Below are positions 50,433 to 61,900 of a stretch of 64,000 nucleotides of DNA, piece after piece. Each line of letters starts with the position of its first letter. The first letter of the stretch is position 1. The DNA is from Methanomassiliicoccaceae archaeon. Its GTDB lineage: Archaea > Thermoplasmatota > Thermoplasmata > Methanomassiliicoccales > Methanomassiliicoccaceae. Location: positions 672,001 to 736,000 of the forward strand of contig JAXGZN010000001.1 of assembly GCA_040776945.1 (NCBI GenBank), written 5' to 3'. The position numbers and the translations under genes are program-made. The notes beneath the pieces are model-generated. The model was given only the letters and a program-made list of their open reading frames with translations. It was not told the origin of the DNA and made no database searches.

Positions 50433-50447
50433 ACAACTTACAGTTAA
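50433..50447 (+). promoter_or_regulatory. Candidate heat-shock repressor operator ACAACT-TAC-AGTTAA
   Basis: About 30 nt after a TATA-like tttatcta; matches the 51395 palindrome. Confidence 0.55.
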
Positions 50448-50466
50448 TATCTATCAGGTGAGCTAA

Positions 50467-51078
50467 ATGGTCGGATTAGACGCCCTCCTATCGGTCATCG
50501 AGAACCCCGCCCGGCGGAAGATCCTCGAGGCCCTCGCCCGGGAGCCCCACTATCCATTGCAGCTGTCCAAGGAGCTGGGGATGAGCCAGCAGGCGGTGAT
50601 GAAACACCTTAGGGTGTTGGAATCATGCGGCCTGGTGAAGAGCTACCGCGAGGAGAGCGACCTCGGGGGACCAAAGCGGAACAAATACTATCCAACGGTC
50701 AACTTCACCATCGTCGTGGACGTGGGGACGAACATCTTCCATGCGGAGCTGACGACGAGGGAGCACGAGCCGTCCCCTGGACCGGGCGAGGAGGTTAAGG
50801 CCGCCGAGGCCCGGGCCTCCGATCTCCGGGACAGGATGAGGGAGATCGATGACAAGCTCCTCCAGATCCAGCGCCAGCGGGAGGAGCTGATCGAGGAGAA
50901 GGAGAGCATCATGGAGGAGGTGTCCAGGTTCACCTCCGGCCTGCAGGACTATCAGGCCAGAAGGGCGATGTACGAGTTCATCAGCAGGCCGAACCTCGAC
51001 CCCCGGGAGATCGCCCGGGAGCTGTCCCTGCGCGACGAGGTGGTCCTGCGATATATCAGGCAGTGGCTGGAGGAATGA
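50467..51078 (+). CDS. ArsR-type HTH regulator (HSR1/Phr-like heat-shock regulator)
   Basis: IENPARRKIL...SQQAVMKHL...GPKRNKYY plus coiled coil; lies upstream of cdc48-hsp20. Confidence 0.8.
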   Translation: MVGLDALLSVIENPARRKILEALAREPHYPLQLSKELGMSQQAVMKHLRVLESCGLVKSYREESDLGGPKRNKYYPTVNFTIVVDVGTNIFHAELTTREHEPSPGPGEEVKAAEARASDLRDRMREIDDKLLQIQRQREELIEEKESIMEEVSRFTSGLQDYQARRAMYEFISRPNLDPREIARELSLRDEVVLRYIRQWLEE

Positions 51079-51079
51079 C

Positions 51080-51394
51080 ATGAGCAGAGGGCGAGCGGTT
51101 CCCTATGGGACGGTTGGCCTCGAGCGCTTGGCCCGGGAGGCCTGCAAGGCCATGGGCCGGACGATGGGGCGGTTGGAGACCATCGCCCAGCAGATGGTCT
51201 TGGCTGCATCGAGGGAGGCAGGCGCCGACGCCCGCGACCTCCTTAGGCGGACGTGCGTTGTAATGGACGATATTAGGGGCGAGCTGCCCCGCCTTAGGGC
51301 CGAGGCAAGGGAGATCGAGGCTCGGGCGCAAGACAGGCTAAGATGGGTCTTAGAGAATAGTTTATATAGAAGCGCAATCATTGAGAGCAAGTAG
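51080..51394 (+). CDS. Hypothetical helical protein
   Basis: Starts immediately after the regulator stop. Confidence 0.5.
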   Translation: MSRGRAVPYGTVGLERLAREACKAMGRTMGRLETIAQQMVLAASREAGADARDLLRRTCVVMDDIRGELPRLRAEAREIEARAQDRLRWVLENSLYRSAIIESK

Positions 51395-51409
51395 ACAACT
51401 AAAAGTTGT
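51395..51409 (+). promoter_or_regulatory. Perfect palindrome ACAACT-AAA-AGTTGT, candidate operator
   Basis: About 30 nt after TATA tttatata at 51361. Confidence 0.6.
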
Positions 51410-51431
51410 ATACTGTGAAATTGGAGGACAG

Positions 51432-51593
51432 ATGAACCCTGACGTTCCTGAGAGAGAGCGCAACCCGGTGCCCAAGCGCCGATGGAAACCGCTCAACGAA
51501 CCGGACAGGAGAACAAGCGAGCCGGGCCTGGCATTCGCCGAGGGCGTGGCAGGCCAGCCATATGACATGCGGTTCCAGTGGAGCGGACATTAA
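51432..51593 (+). CDS. Small ORF (53 aa) upstream of cdc48
   Basis: GGAGG RBS; follows TATA and operator. Confidence 0.4.
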   Translation: MNPDVPERERNPVPKRRWKPLNEPDRRTSEPGLAFAEGVAGQPYDMRFQWSGH

Positions 51594-51633
51594 ATAACCG
51601 CTCCAATAACGTAGTACAAAGAGAGGGAGAAGC

Positions 51634-53817
51634 ATGGAATCAACGGAAAAGGTATTGAGGGTCTCCGAGGCCAAGTCCAAGGATGCCGAGCGCGGCATCG
51701 CCCGAGTGGACCCCACGGTGATGGACGATCTCGGCATCACGGCCGGCGACGTCATCCAGATCGAAGGCAAAAAGCGGACCGTGGCCATCGTCTGGCCCGG
51801 ATACCCGGAAGATGCCAACCGGGGGGTCATCCGCATCGACGGCACCATCCGCAGGAACGCTCAGACGAGCATCGACGAGAAGGTCTCCATTCGAAAGGTC
51901 GCGGTCAAGGAGGCCCGCAAGATCACCTTCGCGCCGACCGAGCCGCTGCGCATCATGGGCGGCGAGGAGTACCTCAGCCAGAGCCTGGAGGGCAGGGCGG
52001 TCACCCGCGGCGACGTCATACAGATAAATGTGATGGGCCGGAAGATCGACCTGATCGTGGTCTCTTTCAGTCCCACTTCTGACGCGGTGCTGGTGCACCG
52101 CACCACCGAGGTGAAGATCAGCGAGAAACCGGTCAAGGAAACGCAGTCCAACATCCCCAAGGTCACCTATGAGGACATCGGAGGGCTGGGGGACGAGGTC
52201 AAGCGCGTCCGGGAGATGATCGAGCTGCCGCTCCGTCACCCCGAGCTGTTCGAGCGCCTGGGAGTGGAAGCGCCCAAGGGCGTGCTGCTGCACGGACCGC
52301 CTGGCACCGGCAAGACGCTGTTGGCGAAGGCGGTAGCGGGCGAGACCAACGCCAACTTCGTCACCATAGGCGGGCCGGAAATCATGTCCAAGTTCTACGG
52401 CGAGAGCGAGGAGCGCCTGCGGGAGATCTTCAAGCAGGCCCAGGAGAACGCTCCGACCATCATCTTCATCGATGAGATCGATTCCATCGCTCCCAAGAGA
52501 GAGGAGGTCAGCGGGGAGACCGAGAGGCGGGTGGTCGCCCAGCTCCTGTCGCTCATGGACGGCCTGGAGGCGAGAGGCAAGGTGGTGGTCATCGGAGCGA
52601 CCAACAGGCCGAACGCTCTGGACCCGGCCATCCGCAGGCCCGGCCGCTTCGACCGGGAGATCGAGATCAACCCTCCCAACCGCGAGGGGAGACTGGACAT
52701 CCTGCAGATCCACACCCGGGGCATGCCTCTGGAAGGGGACGTCGAGCTCGAGACCTTGGCCGATCTCACCCATGGGTACGTCGGCGCAGACCTCTCGGCG
52801 CTGACCAAGGAGGCCGCCATGCACTCGCTGCGCCGCGTGCTCCCGGAGATGGACCTTGACGTGGAGCAGATCCCCATGGACGTGCTCAGCAAGATCACCG
52901 TCACCAAGGACGATTTCTTCGCCGCGCTGAGGGAGATGCAGCCTTCAAGCCTCAGGGAGGTGTTCATCGAGACTCCCAACGTCAAGTGGGAGGAGATCGG
53001 CGGCCTCGTGGAGGCGAAGCGCGAGCTCCAGGAGGCGGTGGAGTGGCCTCTGAAGTACGCTTCGGTGTTCGAGCACATGAGCGCCACGCCCCCCAAGGGC
53101 GTGCTGCTGTACGGGCCCCCGGGCACCGGGAAGACGCTCCTGGCGAAAGCGGTGGCGACCGAGTCGCAGGCCAATTTCATCAACGTCAAGGGGCCGGAGT
53201 TCCTGAGCAAGTGGGTCGGCGAGTCCGAGAAAGCGGTCCGGGAAACGTTCCGCAAGGCCAGGCAGGCGTCGCCCTGCATCATATTCATGGACGAGATCGA
53301 CTCCATCGCTCCGGTGAGGGGCGGGGAGGCGGACAGCCATGTCACCGAGCGGGTGATATCCCAGATGCTCACTGAGATCGACGGGCTGCAGAGCCTGCAT
53401 AATGTGGTGGTGATCGCCGCCACCAACCGGCCGGACATGCTTGACCCGGCGCTCCTGCGCCCGGGGCGGTTCGACCGTCTGGTGCGCATACCGGCGCCGG
53501 ACCTGGAGGGCAGGAAGCAGATCCTGCACATCCATACCGCCAAGAAGCCCCTGGCCGATGACGTTGAGATAGATGACCTGGCGAGGAGGACCGATGGCTA
53601 CTCCGGTGCCGACCTCGCGGCCCTTACCAACGAGGCGGTGATGCTGGCGATCCGCGCCCTGGTGGCGAAGAACAAGGACATAACACCGGACGAGCTGAGC
53701 GAGGCCAAGATATCCATGGCCTATTTCAATCAGGCCCTGGAAAAGGTAAAGCCGGTCAGCCGCAGCGACCTGGGCAGGTACCCCAAGGTCGCCGAGGACT
53801 ACGTGTATGTGAGGTGA
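51634..53817 (+). CDS. cdc48: CDC48/VAT AAA+ ATPase
   Basis: N-domain plus two AAA modules (GPPGTGKT twice, RPGRFDR twice). Confidence 0.96.
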   Translation: MESTEKVLRVSEAKSKDAERGIARVDPTVMDDLGITAGDVIQIEGKKRTVAIVWPGYPEDANRGVIRIDGTIRRNAQTSIDEKVSIRKVAVKEARKITFAPTEPLRIMGGEEYLSQSLEGRAVTRGDVIQINVMGRKIDLIVVSFSPTSDAVLVHRTTEVKISEKPVKETQSNIPKVTYEDIGGLGDEVKRVREMIELPLRHPELFERLGVEAPKGVLLHGPPGTGKTLLAKAVAGETNANFVTIGGPEIMSKFYGESEERLREIFKQAQENAPTIIFIDEIDSIAPKREEVSGETERRVVAQLLSLMDGLEARGKVVVIGATNRPNALDPAIRRPGRFDREIEINPPNREGRLDILQIHTRGMPLEGDVELETLADLTHGYVGADLSALTKEAAMHSLRRVLPEMDLDVEQIPMDVLSKITVTKDDFFAALREMQPSSLREVFIETPNVKWEEIGGLVEAKRELQEAVEWPLKYASVFEHMSATPPKGVLLYGPPGTGKTLLAKAVATESQANFINVKGPEFLSKWVGESEKAVRETFRKARQASPCIIFMDEIDSIAPVRGGEADSHVTERVISQMLTEIDGLQSLHNVVVIAATNRPDMLDPALLRPGRFDRLVRIPAPDLEGRKQILHIHTAKKPLADDVEIDDLARRTDGYSGADLAALTNEAVMLAIRALVAKNKDITPDELSEAKISMAYFNQALEKVKPVSRSDLGRYPKVAEDYVYVR

Positions 53818-53822
53818 GAGAT

Positions 53823-54353
53823 ATGGCAGATGACAAGAGAAGGAGGCGGCGAACCTCCTGGGACGACCTCTTCGGCAGCTTCGACAAGGAGTTCGAGGAG
53901 ATGCGCGAGCGCATGGACGCACTGATGGAAGGCTTCATGAGCGGACGGATCGACACGAGCATGAACCAGCCGTTCGTCTACGGCTTCAGCATGCGGGTCG
54001 GACCGGACGGTAAGCCTCACATCCAGGAGTTCGGCAACGCTCCCCCCGAGGCCGCCGGGCAGGAAGGCACCAGGGAGCCGCTGACCGACATAATCGAGGA
54101 GCAGGAGCGCGTCCGCATCATCGTCGAGCTGCCGGGTGTTGACAAGGAGGACATCCAGCTCCATGTGGAGGACCGCCTCCTGGACATATCTGTGGACAGG
54201 GAGGACCGCAAGTTCTCCAAGAAGCTCGAGATGCCCTCGGCGGTGGACCCCGATTCAGCGTCCGCTTCCTACAAGAACGGCGTGCTGGAGGTGACCCTGA
54301 GAAAGGTCGCGCCGAAGAAACGCGGAAAGGCTGTCAAGATAGAGGGCCAATAG
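53823..54353 (+). CDS. Hsp20/alpha-crystallin small heat shock protein
   Basis: PFVYGFSMRVGPDGKP, ELPGVDKEDI, ASYKNGVLEV. Confidence 0.93.
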   Translation: MADDKRRRRRTSWDDLFGSFDKEFEEMRERMDALMEGFMSGRIDTSMNQPFVYGFSMRVGPDGKPHIQEFGNAPPEAAGQEGTREPLTDIIEEQERVRIIVELPGVDKEDIQLHVEDRLLDISVDREDRKFSKKLEMPSAVDPDSASASYKNGVLEVTLRKVAPKKRGKAVKIEGQ

Positions 54354-54376
54354 GCCCTCGGCCCCATTTTTTTATT
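54348..54376 (+). terminator. Probable terminator (short GC stem and T-tract) after hsp20
   Basis: ggccctcggcccc followed by a T-run. Confidence 0.45.
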
Positions 54377-54450
54377 AATGCCTCCAGACGATGCGGGGCC
54401 TTGACGCCGGTGCGGTAACGCTCTTATAGAGGCCTTGAATTATTAAGGGC

Positions 54451-55413
54451 GTGCAGAGGGACGAGCTAATAGAGGCGGTACGGTCGGTACTGACCCGGTC
54501 AGGCTTCTTCGTCTCCCGGCCCTTGGCCATGCGGGGGATCAGCTTCGACGTTGTTGCGAGGCGGGACGATACCCTCCTTATTGTGAAGATACTCAGCAAT
54601 GTCGACGCCTTCTCCAAGGAGAACGCCGAAGAGATGCTTACGCTGGCCGAGGCGCTCGGCGCGTCACCGCTGCTCATCGGCGAGCGGTCCGGGTCCGGCG
54701 AGATCGACGAGAGCATAGTTTACTCGAGGTTCGGAGTGCCCATCATCTCCCTGACCACCCTGACCGATCATCTGTTGGAGGGCGTGCCGCCTTTCATCTT
54801 CGCCGCGCCGGGGGGGCTGTACGTCAAGCTCGACAGCCAAATGCTGCGCCAGCTGCGGGAGGAGAGGAACATCTCCCTCGGCACGCTGGCCGAGATAGCA
54901 GGGGTGTCGCGCCGCACGATCCAGATGTACGAGGGGGGCATGGGCGCGATGATCGATGTGGCCATCCGTCTCGAGGAGTTCCTCAACCAGCCCATCGTCA
55001 CGCCGGTCAATCCGTTCCAGCACTGCTCGGCGCCTAAGAGCCAAGAGAAGGATAAGGTTCCCGCGCGCGCCTCCGACGTGTTCGGGCAGGAGGTTTTCGA
55101 TCAACTTGCCAGGATGGGATTCTCCATCGTTCCCACCGCCCGCTGCCCGTTCGAGGCCCTCAGCAAGGACAAGCACATACTCATCCTCACCGGACTGGGC
55201 AAGGATGATGCCAGGCTCAAGGACAAGGCCATGGCCGTGGCCGACATCTCCAAGGTCACGGAGCGCTGCTCGGTCATCTTTATCGAGAAGTCAAGGAGCA
55301 GGCACAACATCGGGGGCACCCCCATCGTAGGGAAGGACGAGCTCCGCAAGATCGCTGAGGCGTGCATCCTGTACGAACTGGTAGGGTCGAGGACGGAAGA
55401 TGAGGGTCGTTGA
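54451..55413 (+). CDS. Archaeal HTH transcriptional regulator (COG1395-like)
   Basis: FDVVARR, AAPGGLYV, SLGTLAEIAGVSRRTIQMYE. Confidence 0.85.
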   Translation: MQRDELIEAVRSVLTRSGFFVSRPLAMRGISFDVVARRDDTLLIVKILSNVDAFSKENAEEMLTLAEALGASPLLIGERSGSGEIDESIVYSRFGVPIISLTTLTDHLLEGVPPFIFAAPGGLYVKLDSQMLRQLREERNISLGTLAEIAGVSRRTIQMYEGGMGAMIDVAIRLEEFLNQPIVTPVNPFQHCSAPKSQEKDKVPARASDVFGQEVFDQLARMGFSIVPTARCPFEALSKDKHILILTGLGKDDARLKDKAMAVADISKVTERCSVIFIEKSRSRHNIGGTPIVGKDELRKIAEACILYELVGSRTEDEGR

Positions 55414-56053
55414 GATAGGGACCTCGAGGATTGCCGTTCTCCCAGTGGTCAGAGGGTTGGTTAGCGAGGCCGAGGCGGTAAGCAGGGCCTTCGTCCAGAT
55501 GGCCCCTGATGCCGTGGCCGTCTCCATCTCCAGAGAGGAGCTGGACGCGCTCCGCGTGCGGGACGACCTTGATCTCTACGATCCCTCGGACCTGGAGATC
55601 GTCTACCAGGCCATTCTGGAGAGGTTCGGGGAGGTCCGCATCCCCCCTCCGGCGTTCGTTTCGGCGCTGGAGGTCGCAGAACGGGCCGGGACGACCATCA
55701 TCCCGCTGGACATGAATGACGAGCTGTACACCGAGACGTACTGCGACAAGGTCAGCACCCTCGACATGGTCCGCGAGTCATTTTTCTCCAGGAGGGCGAC
55801 GAGCAAACGGTACGACCTGTCGAGCGCCCAGGCGTTCGCGGTCAGCTGGGACCGCATGGTCAACCGTTCCGGGTTTCGGGACCTGGAACAGGCAAGGGAG
55901 GCGCACATGGCAGGCGTCCTGCGCAAGCTGGGCGGCAGGTACGGTAACATCCTGGCGGTCATCGAGTGCGAGCGATGCGAAGGCATTGTGAAGCTGCTTC
56001 AGAGCAATGCCTTCAGCTTGGACCGCCCACGGAGCGATGGCCTCGTTCCCTGA
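55400..56053 (+). CDS. Hypothetical protein
   Basis: Coupled ORF with host-like codon usage. Confidence 0.7.
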   Translation: MRVVEIGTSRIAVLPVVRGLVSEAEAVSRAFVQMAPDAVAVSISREELDALRVRDDLDLYDPSDLEIVYQAILERFGEVRIPPPAFVSALEVAERAGTTIIPLDMNDELYTETYCDKVSTLDMVRESFFSRRATSKRYDLSSAQAFAVSWDRMVNRSGFRDLEQAREAHMAGVLRKLGGRYGNILAVIECERCEGIVKLLQSNAFSLDRPRSDGLVP

Positions 56054-56104
56054 GCGCGGAGTTGGCCACCGAGCTTTATTATAACCTCTGGCCGATGGAC
56101 CGGC

Positions 56105-57784
56105 ATGCGGGACCGCGCTCCTCCGGGCAATCGGCTGGCCGAGGGCATAGACCGCCTGGTCCTGTACCTGGAGCGGGACCGGCTGCCCATCATCGGCATC
56201 TTCCTGTACGTCCTGGCGGTCGCCCTGGTGCGGGACATCTCGGAGTATTATCTCCTCGACACCGCCTTCGTCATCGAGCCGCATCCCTGGATATACAGCA
56301 TAGCGCACCACGTGGTGTTCTACTTCCTCACCTTCTTCGGCCTTGTCCTGCTGCTGTCGGCGTTCTCCCGGAGAGGCGTGAGGAGGTCCGTTAACTTCGT
56401 GTCCACGTTCTTCTGGATCGTCGTTTTGCCGCCGTACTTGGACCGCTTCCTGTTCGGCTCCAGCTCCAACTACGCGTACTTCTCTCCGACGGACTTCCTG
56501 AACTACATCCTGCACTTCAGCGGAGCCGCCTTCCATCCCGGTCAAGCGTTCGAGATCGTTGCTGTGCTCTTCGGCATCGTATCCTACGTCGTGTGGACGA
56601 AGAGAGCGAGCTTTGGCTCCATCGGCGGGCGGACGGTGATCGCGGTGGAGGTCTCGCTGTTGCTGCTCTTCACCCTGATGTCCCTGTTCATAATGGCCAC
56701 CCCGGGATCGTACCTTCCTGTAGGGAGCGAGAACGGCATGCCATCGTTCCCCAGTTTCGATGTCACCCGGTACTTCCAGTACCACCTGTTCATTTTCTCC
56801 TATTACATGGTGCTGCTGTTGGGCATCCTGGCCTCCTTGGCGTATCTGAACTACCCGCGGGCGGTCAAGGACCTGGCGCTGAGCCTGCGTCCGTGGCAGA
56901 CGGTCATGTTCATGGGCATCGTTGCCGCCGGCATCGCCGCTGGGTGGTCCGAGCTCGCCGGCGCTGATTATGTCTACAACATCCTGAACAAGCCATACTG
57001 GGTCAACCTGAGCTTCGTCATCCTGGCACTGCTGAGCTCGATGCTGGCCTGGATCGTCACCACGATGTGGAACGACCTCAGCGATCACGCCGATGATGAG
57101 CCGGGGCGGGCGGGGCGGGCCCTCGCCTCCGGCGTGGTCGGACGGAGGGAGCTGGCGGAGGTGTCGGTGGTGCTGGCGGGCATGTCCCTGGTCATGGGAG
57201 CGCTGCTGTCCTGGCACCACGTTCTCCTTCTTGCCGTGATCTTCGCCCTCGGCGCGATATACTCGTTCAGGCCGATGAGGTTCAAGGAGCGCATCCTCAG
57301 CCCCCTGCTGCTCGGCGCCGGCGCTCTCCTGGCGTTCATATATGGCTTCATGACCCCCCTGAGCCCGGTGCGGCTGTACCAGGGAGATCCGTCCATGGTC
57401 TATCCTGACAGCTGGACGCCCATTTTCCCAACGCCGACGTTCCAGGCGTTGGTGTTGGGCATGTACATGTTCATCGGCCTGGTGGTCGGGTCCATGGTCA
57501 CTGACATTGATGGGTACCGGGAGGATCTCAAGGGGAAGGTGGACACCTTGTACACGAGGTTCGGCTTGGAGCGTGGCAAGAAGGCCGTTTCGGCGCTGGT
57601 GCTCATCACCGCGCTCACTCCCCTGGCGCTGTTCCGGAATATCGGCGATCTCGTCCTCTTTCCGCTTCTGGGCGTGGCCGCATCGGCGGCCCTCCTGCGA
57701 ACTGGCCGGTCGAGGTACGTGCTCGCGATCGCGCTCGTCGGCATGCTGTACGCCGCCTGGCGCTTCCTGCCCGCGCTGTCCTAG
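56105..57784 (+). CDS. UbiA-family prenyltransferase with an N-terminal membrane extension
   Basis: WNDLSDHADD, RALASG, TDIDGYREDLKG. Confidence 0.8.
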   Translation: MRDRAPPGNRLAEGIDRLVLYLERDRLPIIGIFLYVLAVALVRDISEYYLLDTAFVIEPHPWIYSIAHHVVFYFLTFFGLVLLLSAFSRRGVRRSVNFVSTFFWIVVLPPYLDRFLFGSSSNYAYFSPTDFLNYILHFSGAAFHPGQAFEIVAVLFGIVSYVVWTKRASFGSIGGRTVIAVEVSLLLLFTLMSLFIMATPGSYLPVGSENGMPSFPSFDVTRYFQYHLFIFSYYMVLLLGILASLAYLNYPRAVKDLALSLRPWQTVMFMGIVAAGIAAGWSELAGADYVYNILNKPYWVNLSFVILALLSSMLAWIVTTMWNDLSDHADDEPGRAGRALASGVVGRRELAEVSVVLAGMSLVMGALLSWHHVLLLAVIFALGAIYSFRPMRFKERILSPLLLGAGALLAFIYGFMTPLSPVRLYQGDPSMVYPDSWTPIFPTPTFQALVLGMYMFIGLVVGSMVTDIDGYREDLKGKVDTLYTRFGLERGKKAVSALVLITALTPLALFRNIGDLVLFPLLGVAASAALLRTGRSRYVLAIALVGMLYAAWRFLPALS

Positions 57785-58959
57785 GTAAGGGATGAGAAGA
57801 ACAGGTATGGGAAGCGGCGGGCGATCACGCCGAGCAGCGCTTCCCAGCTCCTTTCCCCCTTGGAGATGTCCAGGCATATAGAGACCAGCTCGGCGTCGCC
57901 GCTCATCTTCCTCATGAGCACCGAGGTGTCCACGATCCCCATCAGCCACTGGGCCTGCGGCGATATGGTCCTCGAGGCGCGGAGCACCGGGAGGATGTCC
58001 GTGGCCACCATTCGACGGTAGGATGACAGGGGGCGATCGTCGTGAATGAGACCGCTGACCGCCTCTGCGGCATGTGCCGCGCTGCGGAACGCATTGGTCA
58101 TCCCCTCGCCGGAAAGGGGACTGGCGAAGCCAGCGGCGTCGCCGATCAGGACGCATCTTCTCGTCGCCAGCTTACGGCGGGGGACCATGGGGATGGGGTG
58201 GGCCGATATGCGAGTCTCCGATGCCTCACCGTACTTCCTCTCGACCTCCTTTTGGAGGGCGTCCAGAGCATCTCGGTAAACCGCCCCCCCGAGGTCCTTT
58301 CCCGTCACCCCGATGTTCGCTCCTCCCTTAGTGGCGAACATCCATCCGTTGAGTGGGAACTTGAACCGAAAGGGAAACCTCTCTATGGGCGTGCCCATCA
58401 AGTAATACTCCATACGGCCTCCAGGATCACGTGGTAGGGTACAGGTCATGGCGATGCCTATGCCCTGGTTCCGTCCAGGGTACGGCCCGAACAGCGCGGA
58501 GGCGGTGCGGCTGATGGCCCCCTCGGCCACGATGAGGGCTCGGGACCTGATGCTCCTGCCCCCAATGACGATCTCCAGGCCCTCGGTGGACTCCCTGACC
58601 TTGGATATCGATGACGAGGTCCACATCTCCGCTCCGGACCTCTCGGCCCTCTCCACGAGGTAGGCGTCGAAAACAGAGCGGCGAACGGTGACCGCCGCCC
58701 GGGTCGGGAGCTCGAAATCCGTACGGAAGTCCCGGTGGATCAGCCCCACCGAGGTTATCTCCTGTTCGATGACGCGGTCTGGCAACGGCTCGCCCAACAG
58801 GCCGGAGGCTCGGTCCAGCAGCCCGCCGGCACAGCACTTCTCCCTGGGGACCGCTTCCCGTTCCAGGAGCAGGGCGCGCAGCCCCTGGCGGGCGCACAGG
58901 CTCGCCGCCCGCGCTCCCGCCGGCCCTGCTCCGCTGATGACCACGTCGTAATCGCCGAT
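57781..58959 (-). CDS. Geranylgeranyl reductase family flavoprotein
   Basis: YDVVISGAGPAG, KCCAGGL, RSVFDAYL, LIGDAAGFASPLSGEG; start ambiguous. Confidence 0.85.
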   Translation of the reverse strand: MGDYDVVISGAGPAGARAASLCARQGLRALLLEREAVPREKCCAGGLLDRASGLLGEPLPDRVIEQEITSVGLIHRDFRTDFELPTRAAVTVRRSVFDAYLVERAERSGAEMWTSSSISKVRESTEGLEIVIGGRSIRSRALIVAEGAISRTASALFGPYPGRNQGIGIAMTCTLPRDPGGRMEYYLMGTPIERFPFRFKFPLNGWMFATKGGANIGVTGKDLGGAVYRDALDALQKEVERKYGEASETRISAHPIPMVPRRKLATRRCVLIGDAAGFASPLSGEGMTNAFRSAAHAAEAVSGLIHDDRPLSSYRRMVATDILPVLRASRTISPQAQWLMGIVDTSVLMRKMSGDAELVSICLDISKGERSWEALLGVIARRFPYLFFSSLT

Positions 58960-61900
58960 TACTTCCTCCTCCCTCTCCAGCGCTCCATCGCTTGACCGGT
59001 CGCGATGATCGCAACCATGCCGAAGACCGGCAGGAAGATCGTCAGGTCTATGAAACCAGTGGTGACGTTGATCACCGACTCGCCTCTTGTGGCGACCGAG
59101 CTTATGGGCGTCTCGGTGAACCTCCAGTTCCCTGAGATCATGTTGTTGTTGGTGTACTCCCACAGCGTCGGTCCGGTGCCGGGGTCCCTGCCCATCTGGG
59201 CGCCGACAACCAGAACAATGTCAAGGTCCTGGTCGCCGTCGAGGTCTCCAAGCTCGACACCGTGTATCTCGTAGTATCCCGAGGGCGGGCACAGGATGGC
59301 CAGCTTGTCGGTGCCCAGGGATTGGGCCGAGAAGGAGCCGAAGGACGACTGCTGGATGATGAACAGCTTTCCGCTGGACGCGATGTTGCCGCCGAGCGCC
59401 ACGACGATGTCGTTGGGCTCGTTGACCACGTTCGAGCCAAGATACTTCTTCATGTCCCCTACGGCGATGGCCGAGATGTAGTTGCTGCTCGTGGACCAGA
59501 CCTTGCTGGGCGAGCTGCTCCACTTCACCATGGGAGAGTTATGATAGATCACCAGGCGGTCCAGGGTCAGGACGCTCTTGGCGGTGTCGGTCACCGACCG
59601 GTCGAGGTCTAGGAACCTTATGTAATAGTACGCGTTGGAGGTGTAGGTCAGATCGTAGCTCTGCTCGACGTTGGTGGTCGATCTGATGACACCTAGATCG
59701 AACCAGGTGGCGTTGTCCACCGAGTACTGGACCTGGAATCCCTCCAGATCGCTGGTCCTTCCATTTATCGTCAGCACTTGGTAGGCGGCCGGCGCGTTGG
59801 TTATCTGGTACACCCAGCCGAGCGCCTGGGTCTTGATGAAGGTGACCTCTGTCCATACGTAGTCGAAGTGGACCGTGGAGGAGCCCGAGGGGTTCACGAA
59901 CCTGATCGCCAGCCCGGAGGTTATGCTGGTGAACGATGTGCTCTCGGTGCCGGGGAGGTCGAACGAGGCCGTCACCAGCGAGGTATGGGAGGGTTTGGGC
60001 TGAATGTTGGTGTTGGTCCATGTCGCGCCGTTATTGAACGAGTACTGCACGTACCCTGTACCGGTGTAGGAGGGGTCCACATAGTACTGGACCACTAGGC
60101 GGGAGCCCTTTATGGGCGTGGTCAGGTTGTCCAGCGGCAGCGAGAACTTGTTCAGCTGCATCGTGGTCCCCTGCCCGACGTCGTAGAACACATCGTCGTC
60201 CAACCATACGTTGTTGATCGGAGAGCCGGTGTCGTCAAGGAACTTGACGCCAGTGGCATTGAACGGGTCGTAAAGCACGTCTACCTCGGTCAGGGTCTCG
60301 AACCTGCTGTTGACGGTCTCCAGATTGGCCATTGAGCCGCCGGTGGTGGCGCGGTAGGCCGGGCTCACCTCGAACTCATAGGACGGCGCGTGCATCGGAA
60401 TGGCGGAGATCTCCTGCTGCGTGTAATAGATGTACACCGCGTAGTCGCCGCTCCGGACATTGGTGCGCACGATGTCCGGGAACCCGTCCCCGTTCATGTC
60501 CGCGACGCGGACCTTGGGCATGATCTGATTGTGGCTCCATGGAGTGTTCCCTGTGATTCCGCTAATCGGTCTAAGAGAGTTGGAAGTGCTGAAGGCCTGG
60601 TCCTTCTGACCTGCGTTCTTGACCCACATGTTGAGCCAGACCTTGGTCTGACCATCCTCGTAGACGGCAACGATGTCATCATAGCCGTCGTTGTTGAAAT
60701 CACCTATCGCGAGGTCGGCGGCCGCCGGGTTCTTGTCACCGTTGGCCTGGAAGTTGACGTCAGAGGCGGTCTTCCAGTCCAGAGTTCCATATAAGGGGGT
60801 CATCTCCCAATTGTCGCTGCCGTCGTTCCAGAATACGTACACGCCGCGGTTGAAGAACATGCCCCAGCTGTTGCTTGGATTGGCGTTCCCTTCGCTGGTG
60901 GCCGAGGTATAGACCACCACGTGGATGAAGCTGGCGACCACGTCCGCATAGCCGTCATTGTTTAGGTCGGCGACCGCCAGGGCGGTGCACATTTCGTTCT
61001 GGCAATAATAGCCAGAGTAGAACTCGCCACCTCCTGATCTTGTTGCCCATACGGATGCGTCCTCATTGATATTGCCCTTGCTGCTGGTGTACGCTGCCTG
61101 CAGGCCAGGCAGCGCGTCGAAGGGGTAGGAAATCGGCCTGGCGTTGCTCCATTCCGAGCCGTCGTTCTTGGAGTTCTCATACCAGAACAGGTTGGCCCTG
61201 GAGGTGTCCTGCGCTCCGACCACCAGATCGTTTCGGCCGTCACCGGTGAGGTCTTCCAGGTACAGGCCCAGGGGGCCGCTGCTGGGGTTCGAATCGATTA
61301 TCTTCTCGTTCCACTTGTCGCCGCCTTTGAACCAGGCGATGGCGTTGTTCTGCCAGGTCGCCCCGGAGGAGCTCCAGGTGAACGAGCCGGACCCGATGGC
61401 CGCGGCCACGTCCATGGTCGTTAGCGGCGCGGTGACGGTGAACTGACAGCTGAGCATGCTGTAGGTCTCACCCATCGTTCCGCCGGTCCCTCTGTCGAAG
61501 AAGGTCGTTATCTTCAGCGTATACGAGTTCGTCTTGGGGAGCCACCATCCCTGATTAGCGTCCTTGAGAGTGATCCTCAGCGTGTACACGCCGTTGTTGG
61601 TGTTCTCCCCATACCTGGAAATGGTGAGCCCGTTGGTCTTGTACAGCGACGATAGCGGCGCGCTGTACGCCGGGTCCTGGCCCATGGCCGGCACAGCGGT
61701 GGGGGCCTTCATTATGACGTAGCTGCCGGTGTAATCATCGACCTCGATGCCGCTGATGTACACCGTATCAGTATACTTGTCAACGTCCTTGGTACGGATT
61801 ATCAGATAGAGGTCGTCGGTATGGTTGAAGCTGGTGGTGCGCACCAGGTTGTTGCCGTTGGCCACGTACGTCTCCAGCTGGGGATAGTCCGCGCCATTGA

